DNA of 64,000 bases, from contig OZ059897.1 in the NCBI GenBank assembly GCA_964057225.1, forward strand, positions 15,624,001 through 15,688,000, read 5' to 3'. Shown piece by piece: positions 35,539 to 50,700 of this stretch. The notes beneath the pieces were generated by a model that did not search any database, was not told the DNA's origin, and saw nothing but the letters and a program-made list of their open reading frames with translations. The translations under genes were made by a program, and so were the position numbers. The stretch's first letter is position 1. The number at the start of each line of letters is the position of its first letter. Origin of the DNA: Auanema rhodensis. Its lineage: Eukaryota; Animalia; Nematoda.

Positions 35539-38500
35539 GTATACAAAAAAAAGTGAAAAGGCTTTCACTTGTTAAAATTCCTTACCATTCATTTTTCTTC
35601 TAAGCTCCTCCAATTTAGATAAATATTGTGAATCTCGTGATTGTTTATATTCTTCTATTGACCAATCCAAATTTGAACTCCAACACAACATCACATAATT
35701 ACAAAAACTTAAACCAGTCTGCAAACAAACTCATGTAAAAACTTGATTAGAGGGGAAAAAACCTATGAAAATGATTAATATTTTATGTTTAAAATATAAA
35801 TAACTATCAAGTATATTTAGAACTTTTGAAAGAAATTTGAGTTTTAAATTTTGTTGATTCGAACATATACATATTTGGAAAAAATTGTAGTTATTCTCTT
35901 TATAAATTCTGACGGAATGATAAATATGATCCATATTTAGCAGATGTTGAGCACATGTGAATCGAAGTGAAAACGTAGAGTAGTAAATGAGAAATCACAT
36001 TTAATTTGCATAATTGATGGGTTGAAAGCCGTCGTGATGAGGGGGAGAGAAGAAACATGAAGAATGATTTCGAACTGAATTTCTTCTTTTGCACTTAAAC
36101 TATTCTTTTTCTTCTTTCTTTCATTCCATTTATAATATTTCTTCATTATATTCCCCACCCGGTGTGAATTTAATGAGCTTAAGGAAGGAGACCACCCCTT
36201 ATTTCTTGCAAATATTGAAACAATTCTTTAATATGTTGCAAACCAAAAAAATATTTTGCATAGGTTGATAGAGGGAGTAAGTAAATGAATTTGCACTCAA
36301 ATTTAGAAATAAATAAAAGGTTTTCAATAATCTTACCTTAACGTGGGCATACATGACTACGAAAAAGCTGATAAAGAATATAACAGCCGATACAAGTGTT
36401 ATAGTACTGTATAAATTTTCCAAATGTATCTATAAAATATGAAAATTTAGATAATTTAGATAAGATGAATCTTACATTTGGTAGAAAACTATGATCACGT
36501 GATCTTTCAAAAATCTGCTTTGATCCAGGTCTATCCTCATAAGTTACAGAAAAATCAGGAGAATTAATAGAAGCAGCAGCAGCAGCAACTACAGCAGCAG
36601 ATGAAGCTGTTGTTGTAGTTGAGTTAACCCTACAAGTTATATGTAAATTTATTTTAATTAAAATAAAATCTTACATATAAGCAGATTCCACATATTTCTT
36701 ATCCAATTGAAAACATATAATTGTAGATAAAGCAGAAATGAGCATAAGGAAAACGGCTATTATGAAGATTGTATAATAGCGTATATCACTTTCAGAACAT
36801 TCCGGAAATTTGATTTCTCGATACTATAAAAAACTTATTTTATATATAAAGTTTATGAAACATTTTATTTTCAATAATATTTCAAAAGAAATTCGTAATT
36901 TTTAATGAATTTTTCATGTTATGATCTATTATGACGACATGTTTGTCTTATTTCTTATTTCACATTACAATTATTATATAAATAATTCCAAAATGAAAGT
37001 TTTTTTGTTTAAAATTAAAAAATTACCTTTAAAATTCTTCGTCTTCTATATTTATACAAACATAATTCACAAATTGCTGGTCGGTGAAGCTTTCTTGAAG
37101 AAATATCTAACCAATGCTGAAATATTTGATATTTGAATTTAGAAATTCGAATTTCAATTAAGAAAGAAAAGAGTTAAAATTAGAAAAAAATAATGAAAGA
37201 AGAGAAAAAACAAACCATTAAGCATGACACATGAACATATTGAAGTGTACCAGAACATCTACAAGGGGAAATGAGTGGATCTGTAATATCTATTATTGCC
37301 TTGTTTATATATTTGTTATTCAGTATGAAAGATAGAAGAAAAATGATTTTGTTTCTTAAAACTATACCTGATGGATCAGATGGCCAGCAGCAATGACATA
37401 TACGGCACAAAATTTCATTAGAAGATAAATCAGAAGCAGCTAGAGAATACAGCGATGGAACGGATGGTGAAGCCATTTCCTAAGAAAGAAAATAGTCGGA
37501 TCAAATTTTCGAAATAATAAAAAATAATGGAAATAAGGTTTGCTAAGTCTTCTGAGCAATATGCTCGGCTAATTCTTTTGGAAAAGGGTGAGAGAATTTG
37601 TGAATGAATGAATGACAAGTGTGACGAAAACGGAAGACAATCCTTTTGGATAAGGATGAAGCAACTTCTTAGAATTAAGAAATAAAGCATTTCTAACGAT
37701 TAAAGTGAGCATTTGTGTTACTAGGAAACGCAATAAAACACAATTTGTAATTTTTCAAAAGCGTTCAGGCATGGTGAAATAGAAAGAAAAAGATTGGCAT
37801 GTTGTAAAGAGCAGCTTCTTTTATTGAAAAACATGCTCAGATTTGTCTCTTTAAGTATCAGATGTTTTTTAAGATAAAAAGCTATTTATGAATTAGTGAT
37901 CATTTGGTACTTGAGTACTATGATGCACCATTTCAAATGAAGTTTTTCCCCTCATGTTTTTATGAAACAAAAAAAACAGGATCTAACTGGTTTGATCGAA
38001 CTATGTAGTACAATATTTGATGAGACGACTATTTATAGATTTATTTTTTTTAAATCTTAACATGAAAAAAATGAGAATATGATGAACTATATTGAACAAA
38101 GATGATAAAAAGAGCAATGAGTAGAATGAACATTATAGGCCAATAGTAAAAGGAAATGGACATTAGTTGAATCGGAAATACTGATTTATCGAAAATATGA
38201 TCAACTCAATTTTTTTTTGTTCATCATAAAGAAAAATAACAAAAGAGAAATGGATGAAACATTCTTTTCTTTTATTTTTTCAAAAAAAAACTACTGGATG
38301 ACAGACGTTGAGAATATAAGAAAAAGCAGGAGAATAATTATGTAAAAACAAGAAAATGCAGTATTATCTATCTTGCTGACTGCTGGTTGACTGAATGATT
38401 TCCTTTCTGAGAAAAAAAAAGGAAACACTTTCTAAATGTTTTTGACCAGCTGGTGCAAGAAAAACTTTCAAAAAGGTAACAAGAGAGAAAAAGAGAAAAA

Positions 38501-40829
38501 TAGAGAGAGAGAAAGAGAGAAAGAGAATGAAAGACGATATAGTATTTAACCATAACTGTAAATAGAAGAGAATTATAGATAGATAAGAGTTTCCTACAAT
38601 TACAAAGGTAAAATATCACATTATGTATCATTGAATTTGTCAAAAGTCAACACCTGTTCCTCAAAATCTGAGGACATCGTGTAGATTATGCCAAGGACGA
38701 CAACAATCACAACGACGACAACGATGGCCATCGTTGTGTTGTGTGGACGATGTCATCAAATTCTTAAGAACAGTGTATTGAAAATGTAAAAGATTGAAAG
38801 AGAATAGAAATCATAGATATCAAAATATTATAATATTCAAATGTACTTTTTTTTATTTTTTGAAATTAACAGAATATATACTAAAACTTTTTTTTTCTAA
38901 TTTTCAATATTATGTGTGTGTATGAGATGTGCATATACGTACATATATTGAGGAATAACAGAAAATCTCAACATTTTCCAGGAAAAAAAGCGGAAAAAAT
39001 ATGAGTACATGTGTGAAATTGAAATATTGGAAGAAAAACGCAGAAAATTTAGTGAATTGTGGAAATATTCTCATGAATACACTTGGTCTGTGATATGCAC
39101 AGAAATATTTTCTGATATAGTTAATGGTAATGTTGATAGTTAATTGAAATAGTAAAATGTACCTGTTGAGCTTTTGGACAAGTCAGATCCGATGTGGATG
39201 AGCAATGTCGACAGAGAATTCCAAGCTGCGATGGTGAAGCATCTCGTGCATATTCCATATTCAGTGATATATCTGAAAAAAAAGATAAGTAATACAATAA
39301 AAACTATTTTGTATATATATATGTATATATATATATAGAAATCATGATTGTAATTTAAGTTTATAAAGAAAATTGGAAGAAAACCAAGTGAAAATCTCAA
39401 AAAATAGTAAAACTCTTCTTCTAAACAACATAATTATTTGATTGAAGCGATAAAACTGAATTCTGAGCCTGAATACAATGAAATGAAAGAGGGAGGAGAC
39501 ACGAGAAAGATACCAAAATGTCGGTGTTCATTCATATTTCCTCTCTTTCTTTCTTTTCTATCTCTCTATTCCCTCCCTCCATCTTTTTCTTTTTAAGAAA
39601 GACCGCCAAGCTTGAGAGAGAGCCTTAGAAGCTGAGAGGAGGGCAATGTGGAAAAGGACGATAGACAATGCAAAGGACAACAAATTCTTCGAAGATGGAA
39701 AAGTGAATGAGCACATGATGAACTAAAAACGAAAAGAAGAAGCTGAAAGTGGAAACGAAAGGAGCGGGAAAGCTCGACCATAAGAAGGGCGTATGAACCT
39801 TATATGACCAGTTTACTTTGTTTTTGCCCTTTCAAGATTACTAGGAAGAAGAAAAAAAAAGTTATCAAAGGAGATGCGATTCAGCAAATGAATTACATGA
39901 AAGAGTGGTATGATGCAAAGCATAATAACAGCTTTGAAGAACATTTTCACGAACTCGAACTGATATTGATTTGTAAATCAGGATAATCATACATGCATTG
40001 CCTGGAGGAGCAAATTATAATTTAAGGCGGACGATTTGGATTACAAGAAAACATGTGATAGAAATAATATATATATGTATATATATTATATATTATATGA
40101 AGTAAAGGGGTAAACAAGGATGTGAACTTTAATCCTTTTCTTCACAAGAGATTTACTTGCTTCCGCAACTACCACTAGGCTCACTGTGAGCCTGTCTTAG
40201 TACCTAAGTACTTATCAGAGATAAAGAAAGAGAGGAAGAAAGAGAGAGAGAGAGATAGAGAGAGAGAGATAGAGAGAGAGAAAACAAAGTAAAATTGAAA
40301 TACAAAAATTAACTATTTTAGTTCTTATATATACTTATCGATAGTTTTTACAGATTATAACTATAACAAAGTTTTATTCGGGAGGAAGTTTCATAACGAA
40401 TGTAAAGGACACTCTACATATATGTTTAGATTACGCTTTCCTGCACTCATGACATCGAGGGCAACCTCATCACAAACAACACGTGAAACGTAGATTAGCA
40501 TAACGTGCGTGAAAATTGAAAAATTTTTTATTTTCTCTTATATGCAGTCAAAGATCGGTTCCTTTTTAATTTTTTTTTGCTTGTATATAGAAAGGAAATG
40601 GAGATTTTACTTAATATTAGCTACATATGTATATACTAAATACATACATACATATCACTTGATATGAATAAGATAATTTGTCTTTATGAACAAAAAATGG
40701 ACACACAACCTCATTAGGCTTATGGACGGAAGAAAATAATACATGATTAATGATTTTCACTAGTATTACATATATATTCGCTTTTATTTCCGAAGCATCA
40801 AATTAGGAAAGAAATAGCTAATGATATAT

Positions 40830-40884
<55 letters not shown>

Positions 40885-43800
40885 TCTCTTTTAATCCACA
40901 AATGGTAAAGACAAAACATCAAAATTCTTTAACGTATTCAAGAGAGATTCGTTCTGAGATTCAGTAAATTATTATCATCTTTATGTTCAAATAAATACTT
41001 CCTGAATTCATTGACAAATCATCTTTGATTACACTTATCAGCTTACATTACTTCAATTAATTATTTTAGAATTAATCAAGAACAGTACAATTAGCCGTAG
41101 AGTGCAAAAATGCTATGAAAGTAAATAGAAATTGATGAGAAATGAAAAAGGGGAATAAGATAAAACATAATAAGTAAAGAAAAAAGAATTAGTATTACTT
41201 ACTATTTGATATTAAAAGCTTAATGTCATCAATAAAACAAAAAAAAGGTTATGTAAGTATAGTTTATAATTAAATTATTTTGATTATTTTATAATCTCTA
41301 TAACTATATGTACAGATTTATACTTTTTATAATTTTTCTTTCCTTCTTTATTTTTTTTGGTTAAAATTATTACAAAAATATCAATTTTAATAGTTAAAGA
41401 AGAAGAAGTAAATTAATTTATATAACAATAAGAAAAATGTATTTCATAATGAGCAGATGGGGGTAAATAAAAAATTCAAAACTACATTGTCAAGAGAAAA
41501 GGAGAGGTGACGTCAATAGAACTTGTTAAAGCTTTTAGCCGTCATGTTCGTATTAAAGTTTCAGTAAAACTGAAGCTTAATTCTCCGAATATGAAAGCTT
41601 GAATGAAGCTGATTCATCATTGATGTGACAAGAGTAAATCAGAAAGGGAAGAGGTAGTTCTGACGTGAACATGTATATGAACTATTCAGCTTGAACACAA
41701 AAAAATTTATTTGATAGCTAAAAGTTCGTATTGATTCTATTCAGGTAGTTCTTGAGTGAGAGAGATTTGATTATCGTAATTTGTTTATCGGATTTTGACT
41801 AAATTTCAGATGTCCTTGTCAGTTTTGAACATGCACATTAGGTACTTGATTTCATTGTCTCACAATAAAGTTGAACTTTTGCTTAGAAATCAAACAGATT
41901 GGTTATTAAACTTTTAAACAAGAATGAACAAAAATATAATTTGTTTTGAAAAAAGATAATTCAATGAAAATCACATCATGAAACAGAAAATATTTTTAAA
42001 TATAAATAGAAAAAGTTAATATACTAATAGAAAAAGCCATGCAATGATTTTAAGTAAGGAAGAGATGAAGAGGAAAGTGCGAATGAATTGAGGAAATCAA
42101 CAAAAAAAGATTCATCACATTCATAAATCACTGTTCTTCTTTCCTTATAATATCTTATTCTATTATACTTAGAATTATATGAGTTCAAGACATTCAAAAG
42201 TACGGGGAAAATGAAGAAAGGAATGGAGGGTGGGGGGAGAACCTAGTGAATGTATAAGCCATGTCAGAACTAGGCTATGATCACGTGAAGTTATCAAATG
42301 ACGATTTGAACGGAAGGTAGACAAGATGAAGGATGAAGCAGAATGGGCAGAGATATTGACGAGAAGAAACTGAAGAGAGACAGCAAGAAAAAAAGAGTGA
42401 GCGAGGAAAGAAGAAGAAGAAGAATAAAGGGAAGATGGAGAGAAATAGAGAAAAAAAGAAAGAGCCATATATGAATTTCAACGCTTGAGCATTAGCACGA
42501 TTTCGATTCGAATGTTTTGTACTTTGTTAATAAATGATGAAGGACGGTTGCACTGCTGTTCAACTGATGCTCAACGAACACAAGCAATAGCATTTGAACG
42601 ACTTGGAAATGAAGTTGCAATAAAGATGTCACACATTGAACATAAGAATGCAAGCAGGTCAATAAGAAAAAATGTTTCAACAAATTCACTTTGAAGACTT
42701 TTTGAGCGGAAAATAATAGAAAATCTGCCTTCCTTTGTTGGGTATTGTTTCAAAACTATGAGAATATGAACAAGGTGATCTTCCTAGAAAGAACAGCACT
42801 TTTCAGAAGAAAGCTAGCAAAGCAAGATGTGTTACAATCACTCTCTACTCTATGTTTCAGAGACACGGAACAATGGCACGACCAACACAAGAGATTGAAA
42901 GAGCATATGTGTATGTGTATGTGTGTTAAGATGATTCTAGCAGTAAAGATCAAGTAGATTGTACTTCCTAGTCTGTATGCCGGAAAAAATTCTTTTTTTC
43001 TTCAAAGTTTAAAAAAATTATTTTTGCAATATCGTTTTAACCGTCGTACTTCCTATTCCTGTCTTGTTTGAGTGTATGTACTTTCATCACATGTGTGCAA
43101 CCACCTTACATTCTTTTAAATTTATTTTTTTTTGCAAAAAAACTAAATTGGGAATGAAGAAAATCATCAGTTTTCTAGTCACGTACTCTTTGATGAAATA
43201 ATGAAACAGTATAAATGCGATCAAGGAATAAAGATGATAATAACCTCTTTTGAAATATAATTTAGAAAAAACTTTATACTTGGAGAGAGAGAGAGAGAGA
43301 GAGAGAACTAGAGAGAGAGAAATATATATATAAAGAATTGAATTAAAGATAAGAATGAAGTTTCAGATATCTTAAAGTAAGTCTATGAACTCCAACTTCA
43401 CAACTAAATTATGAATATCGCGGATAGTGACGATGTAAACGGAGGGTGAACGAAGGGTTATGGTGAATTACTGAGTGGGTTCAATGTGAGCAAATTCGAC
43501 AATAAGTGGAAGATAATGAGACAAAACAGAAGAAAGGTTACTTGAAAGAAATGAAAGAGAAAGAAAAGAATGAAAATAATTCATGCAAACTGTGAATTTC
43601 TTGAGAAGAGGAAGTCGAAAAGCTGCAAAAATCAGAAAAGAATGGTTAATTCATAGAAGGAAACAAATAAAATTAATCATATATCATCAAAGAATTTTGA
43701 AATAAAAGTAAAACTTGTTTACTTGAAACGAATTTACAACTTGTTCTTCATCAGCAACTATAAGAGAAAGAGGATCCATTACGTAGTTCATAACAAACAC

Positions 43801-44726
43801 GAGAAGAAATAATGTTATCAAATACTCTTAGAGAAGGAAGTAGTAGATATCTCTTTCCCCCCCCCTCTCTCTCTCTCTCTACCTCTCTCTTTCTATTTCT
43901 CTCACCTTTATTTTAAATGATTATTGTTCCTCATAACAACATAACTAAATGTTAAGTCAGAATAGTTTCTAAGAAAATGAAAGATAAGAAGACATTTTTA
44001 ATTCATCGTTTATTAAAGAGTAATCAACAATGGATAACATGAATTGTTCAATTTTCTTTAAGTTTATACCCTCATAACCTTCTTCTCTACACGCTCCCCC
44101 CTTCCTCTCCCTCATCTGCCTTTTATTCATTTTTGTTCTAGAAAAAAAATAAGAAAATGATTACTTAAGCTTCAGAAAGACGGATAGAAAAGAAAGTGAA
44201 AAAGAAAGGGTAAAGAGATATTGAGAACATAAAAGAAATGAAAACTGAGAGTAGAGGATAAAGTATAAGGACAACAGTTTAGGACAAAAATATAATGATA
44301 TGTATGTATGAATGATAGAATTTAAAATATTTTAGACGTCAAAATAATATTTTTTTTAACCAAAATAGTATATAAACAAGTGAATCAACAAGAAAAAAAG
44401 AAAGAACAAACGTTCGTATGTTCAAATTTCTTTGATCTATCCTTGCTTCGCTTATTTGCCTTTCTTTTTCTCAAACAATCAAGTAGAAACGGTATAAATA
44501 TTATATAATATTATGAATAAACTTATAATAAATAGTTAATAATAACTATATAATTATTGATATATTATAATATTAAATAAATAATATAATCAGATAAAGA
44601 AAAATTGATTACTTTTTTTTTGCAAAAATATAAAATATAATAAAGATTGAGAAAACTGCATCACAATGGGCTAAAAGGAGAAATGAGAAAGTTAAGTTTG
44701 AAGATTAATGTAGAAAATAATATGTG

Positions 44727-44791
<65 letters not shown>

Positions 44792-47700
44792 AGGTAAAAA
44801 AGAGAGGATTAGACAGTCAGATTTTGGCTTTTGCTGACCATGAGTGCAAAGCCGTTGAAACTTCCCCCAGAATTCTGGATTCAGATGAACTAACCATCGA
44901 TTAGAAAGATAACTAGCTCCTAATCTGAATCTTTCTTTCCTCAATAAATCTTTTTCTTTACATATAATTTGTTTTATAAAATATATTTCATTGTCTGTGT
45001 TAAATAAAATTAAATCTGTCTTTCTATATATCGATGAAACACAGTTCAAGTTATGAACTTATAAAGTTCTAACATAACATATACATTAAATGAATTATGT
45101 TCGAATAGTATTATAGTGATAAAAATAAAAATTATAATAGAATATTGAAAAAAATTGATTTTTTTGTTGAAAAAAACATGAAAATGAAGAAGAGAGAATT
45201 TAAAGCAGATGAGCATGCGACATCAACAGGGCAATGTGACATGTAATGTTACATGTAGAGCATGAAGGACATGAGAAAATGAAATTTTATATTTATAGAT
45301 TAGTATAAGTAATTATTTTAAAATAAGAAAAATCAAGTTTTTAACTAATTTTATAAATATTTGTATAATATATATTTATAAGAAAACATACCACGTTTAT
45401 CGAGTGACATACTGGAACGCGAAATCAGACGAGAGTGACTTCGTTTCGACGATGAATTTGAACAGACGACTACTGAAAATTATAAAAATTAGCTTTTAAT
45501 TTCAAAATAAAAGGTTAGATAAACGATTAATGAGAAAGGGGAATTTATAAGATGAAATTGGTTAAGAGTATTTGATGAAATCATCAGATATTCTACAATA
45601 CTATAATATCCAATTTGAAGTTGAAATAACATGGGTGTTTCGAGATACACCTAGTCTTACATGTCGATAACTCTTCCTGCTTAAAGATTAGTTTCAAGAG
45701 TCATCGACAAAACAATGAGGAAGGCCACTAACACTTACGCCATGAGCATAAGCAATAACGGACAGCACTGTCATAGACGTCGTCGTTCGATGTGCATGAC
45801 ATCAACGACTAGCATTGTTATCGCAGTATATTCTAGATGACATGATGTTTACTGTACTCTTGTTCTTTCTTTCGTCTGTTTCATATTGCACTGACGACGA
45901 TCCAGCATAGTCACAGCATCCACAGGACTATGTTACAAGACATCTGACGGCTTCCTTACTTTTCATAAACTATACCAATATACTTTCAAATCACTTCACT
46001 TCAATATGTTACTCTATTTTCCACCTTATCTCTCTCTCTCTCTCTCTCCCTCGCTCCCTCTCTCTCTCTCTTTCTATTTCTTCATCTCTCTCTCTTTCTC
46101 TCTACCTACTTTATCTTTGTGATTGCTTCTTCAATACTTAATTTCTCTTCATAACTTTAGTTAATACGCCACCATTCCCATCATTTACCTTGTTCTTAGT
46201 ACAGAAACTTTTAATTACATTACTGCTATGTTAGCCCATGCTTGGCTTTGCTATATGGCCTTCAAAATAAGAACAACATTTGTACTTTTTTTTAGAAGTA
46301 AAGAAGAACTAGGGAAATTTTTTTTCGTTGATTACTCTTGAGTATCGTGTGGCTCTAAGTAACAGAAGACCGGTTTTTTGTCCTTCTTATCGAGTCTTTC
46401 TCGCCTTTTCTTTTCTCTTTCTCTTTTTCTTTCATCTTCTCTATCTGTCCTATACATGCACATCGTTAAAATCTCTCACAATCTTTACTTTTCATATTTC
46501 TACTCGATTCACGTACTTTTTACCTTTTTCAACCCGTGATATATACACACATTTATTTTTAAAGCATAAAAACGACCAAAAAAAATCATTAATTGCTAGA
46601 GAACAGCTGGAAATCATGCATAAACTTTCTTTTTTTCCCATAATTTCAAAAAAATTCAAAAAAAAAACTAAAAATAAAATATTTTTTAGATTTTAATTCT
46701 ATTTCCAGTAAGTAAAAAAAACGTTTTTACAGATAGCGCTCTATTAGAAGGAAAAAGAAAAAATGTGAAGCTGGAAATCTGACAACTTTGGTTGGAAATA
46801 TAAGATAGGATTTTGAGCCTTCTCTTCTCATCTCATCTTATAGTATTCATGATTATGGCTAATGAAATAAAGAATAAAAATTCAAAGCTAAGATTTAAAA
46901 ATCAGAAAGTATAGAAATGACATTAGCTTGGACGACAACGTTGGTAACGCGTCTGCTGCGAAGAAAAAGGTCGCAGAGGAAAATGTTTGTACTCTATGTT
47001 TTCCATGTCAAATATTTTTGGGATCCGAATAACGATGAAATAGGTTGATGATCGTCGTCAAATCGAGCTTTAGAATAGTGATGTCGAGCATCTCAATGTC
47101 AACCAGGACAAGTTCGACTATAGTCTACTGACTCGAGCTTGACGACTTGGCAAGATTATTGAGTTTGAATGAGAATAAACTGCGAAACTAAGATTAAAAG
47201 TTTGGAAAAAGTCAAAAAGAGCACAGATTAAGATCAAAAAACGTCATTATAGAATAGAAACTAGCACATACATATGCCGTCATGGGTGTTATCATCCTTC
47301 CGAAAACAGGAAAATGAAGGAAATCAGCTGACAAAGAATAAAAAAAAATCCAAAAAAGACTGTTAATTCAAATATGCTTTTTCAAGAGGAAATTTCAAAA
47401 TATTCTGATGGTTTCGGACTTAAGTCAATATCTATCAAAACTAAATGTTATGCAAATCAAAACGAAACGGCCAGATTCGTTCATGAAAGCTTTAAACTTG
47501 AGATTGAAGATACTAAAACCGTTTCCCCATTACTAAAAGTAATCAATTTTCCTCAACTCACAAGGTGTTGTTTAGTTAAAATAAAGTTGAATTGCACAGA
47601 TAGACTAGTTCATTTCTATCTCAATCTTGCAGTTTTTCGAAAAATTAATGATTTTAAAAAAGAAAAACATGTAGTGTCAGGTTGAATGGAATAAATTCTA

Positions 47701-50700
47701 AAAAAAGCTTGAAAACTGTGCCAAATGCTCGTTGTGAATGACAATAGCCAGAGAAAGAATGAGAAAGTCAAAATGCCAAATGATGTCTGTTTCATGTAAA
47801 GCAGTTATGAGGTAGAGTAAACCGCCGTCATGGCGTAACGCCTTCAACGGGCAGTACCGACCACTGAAAGCGGATGTTGTCTGATTCGAGAGAGGGGCAA
47901 ATGAGGATAGAGAGGGTTGTGAAGTGAACGTATTGTTTATCATTGTCCACTCTGCCCGTTACTCTCTTTCTCCACGTCTCTGTCAATTTTTTCCTCTCAA
48001 TTTTTCTTTTTTCTCCTTCCATTCTCTTTCTCCCTCTCTCTGCCTATGTCCCTCGTTTTTTCCTTAATCTATTACTCAATATGTTTTACTCTATGCCATC
48101 TCTGGCCCATTCGTGTGTCTCGTCTTCGTGTCCAACAGAAGCTGAACGAACAACAAAAACAAGTTTGCCATCTAATCGTTTGACGAATGTAAGAAAACAG
48201 AGAGTAGAAGATCAGCCAGATGTGGAGAGATAGAAAAGAGAATATGAAGAGTATTTGAGAGAGCCTTGATATGCAAGAAATTTTGGAACAGAAAAAGATT
48301 ATACAAGTCTCTTTGACTTAGTTAGTTATAGTAAAAAAATTTAATGACAAAGAATGATGAAAGCTAAAACTTGCTCCGTTGAGAATATAAGAGTGAAATT
48401 CGATGAGCAATATTATAGAAATTATCTTTGATAACTGTATTATCTTGGGAAATGTGCAATTCAAAAACAATTTTATGAGAAAAAAACAAAATTCTTTAAG
48501 AAAAATATGATAAGAATAAGGAAACATAAGAAAATGTTTTATCAAAAAATGGAATGCTAAGAGAAAAATGGAGGAAATTTGCTAAAACGATTCTAGTTAT
48601 GAATCCGACAACAGATTCGGAGAGAAGAAAGTAAACGTTCTGGGATTTGCCATTGTAATGAAAATAAAAAAAAGTTTATCTACGAGAGAAATATGAAGAT
48701 TTCAAACACGTGAAAGCATTACATAAGAGTTTTTTCACCTCATGATATTCGGGTTGTCTACTGATTGTTTGTGAATCAAGTCATTAATCGTTAGTTTCAA
48801 AGTTGTATTTGCTTATCAGCATATTTTGTAAGAAGAAAAAGTTTTTCTTGTTGTATGTCTTTGAAAGCTTAAATTCAGCTTTTCTGTTATACTTAATCAG
48901 CAAAAAAATAAGAAAAATAAGGAGGAAATGCAAAGAGGAAGAAGTGGAATTTGAACGGACACACGTCCTTTGAGTGCAAAAAAGGAAAAGATGGCCACAA
49001 AGGATATATACATATGCAGATTAAGTCAACATCAGTTGAATTCATTCAGTTTTTGATCATTATTTCTGCTAATTTTCGAGAAAATTGCCCTACGAGTGTG
49101 TGCATTTTACGTGTGCTTTATTCTCTTGAATATATAATAAAAAAATCTCAATATATCAATAGCATTGGATATTGGGGAAAAAAATGGAAAATAAAGTTGA
49201 TTTTCATCAATAAAAATGAAATAAAATAAATATTTCTGCCAGAAGACAAGGAGACTTCTAATGAGAATAGATTTTCCAGAAAGATACAGGATGTAAGATG
49301 AAATCCTATTAAAGAAATCAAAATCTTTATAAATAAGTAGAAATAATACATAAATTAAAATATTAAAAGAGGACAAAATGATGAAAAATTAAAAAAAAAA
49401 AGAAAAAAAGAAAATACCAGAAAAGATATTTATGAAGATGAGAGAAGATAATTGAAATCAAACAATTTTTTTTCATCGAAAAAGGTGTCGCAAAAACAAG
49501 AGAAGATAATATCAAAACACCTGTTATTGAGGCTTGCTTGAAATGAAAAATAGCATTGACTTAATATTAGATGACAATTCAATAGAGATTTATGTTCATT
49601 TTCAATAGAAAAAAAAGGAATTTTATTTGAGTTGTGCGTGGAAGGGAGCAATGAAAAGCTTCATCAGTTGGTGAATAAGAATGGGAATGGTCAGACGCTT
49701 AGCAAAGCAGCATACTGAACCTTTTGCTTCTAATTTGGAAGCAAAAGAAGAAGCAGGAAAAACAGAGAAAATGACTAGAAAGTATTATTTTGCTTATCTT
49801 TCTTTTTAAAAAAATAATTTTGAAAATACATGTAGAATGTGTTAGCTTTAGTTGATAAAACTCATGTAAAGGTTGAGAAAAATAAAAAAAAATTAAAGAG
49901 AATAAAAAATTAATCAAAGTAAAAAAAAAGTAAAAAAATAGAATGCGGGGAAAGTGGAGCAAATTGAAAACTAACCAACACATAAGGAGGGGGAGGTTGA
50001 AGAGCGAATATGAGCGGGAGTAAGCAGGCAATGAGGTGCCTCTTTCCATTTTAGAGCGGTCAAAGGGAACAACACAATGCATTTTGCGTAACAGACGTAA
50101 AGCAACAGAGGACCATCAGAAAAAGAAGAACATGCTAGGGACAGCTTGACAAGGATAAGCAGAACAGGCTGAGAGAGACACCGTTGCTAAGACGGCTGAT
50201 GCTGGCTTTCTAAGACACAAACTTAGGTCTTTTTCTTTTTCTCTCAGCATTTCTATAGTTCTTGGTCTTTACATTTTACTTACTATCATTCTTTTCATTT
50301 TTATAGAAAAGAGCTGCTTGGTTATGTCTTTGCACCCATCAAACGTTAAGCAATCCTGGGACTGCTTGAGAATGCAAGACATGTTAAGAATAGATCGAAA
50401 GAATAGATGGAAAATTCGTTGTGAATAATGCTTTCAACAACAGATCATCACTCATAAATTCAACAATATTCAATAGTGAAGACCGTAATACCAGTAACAT
50501 GTCTTACATCTTCACGCCATTCTCTGCAATCCATTAGATGATAACCTGTGTTTTCAACCTCATTTTCGATTTTTTTAACTTGAAGTGACGTTGTTCAAAG
50601 AGTTAGTTGGTGCTCCTTGTGTTCAAGTGGTTAAGTAAAGTTTTTCTCGTATGAATCATTCATTATCTAACTAATTAACCGAAGTGGGCTTCACAATCAT

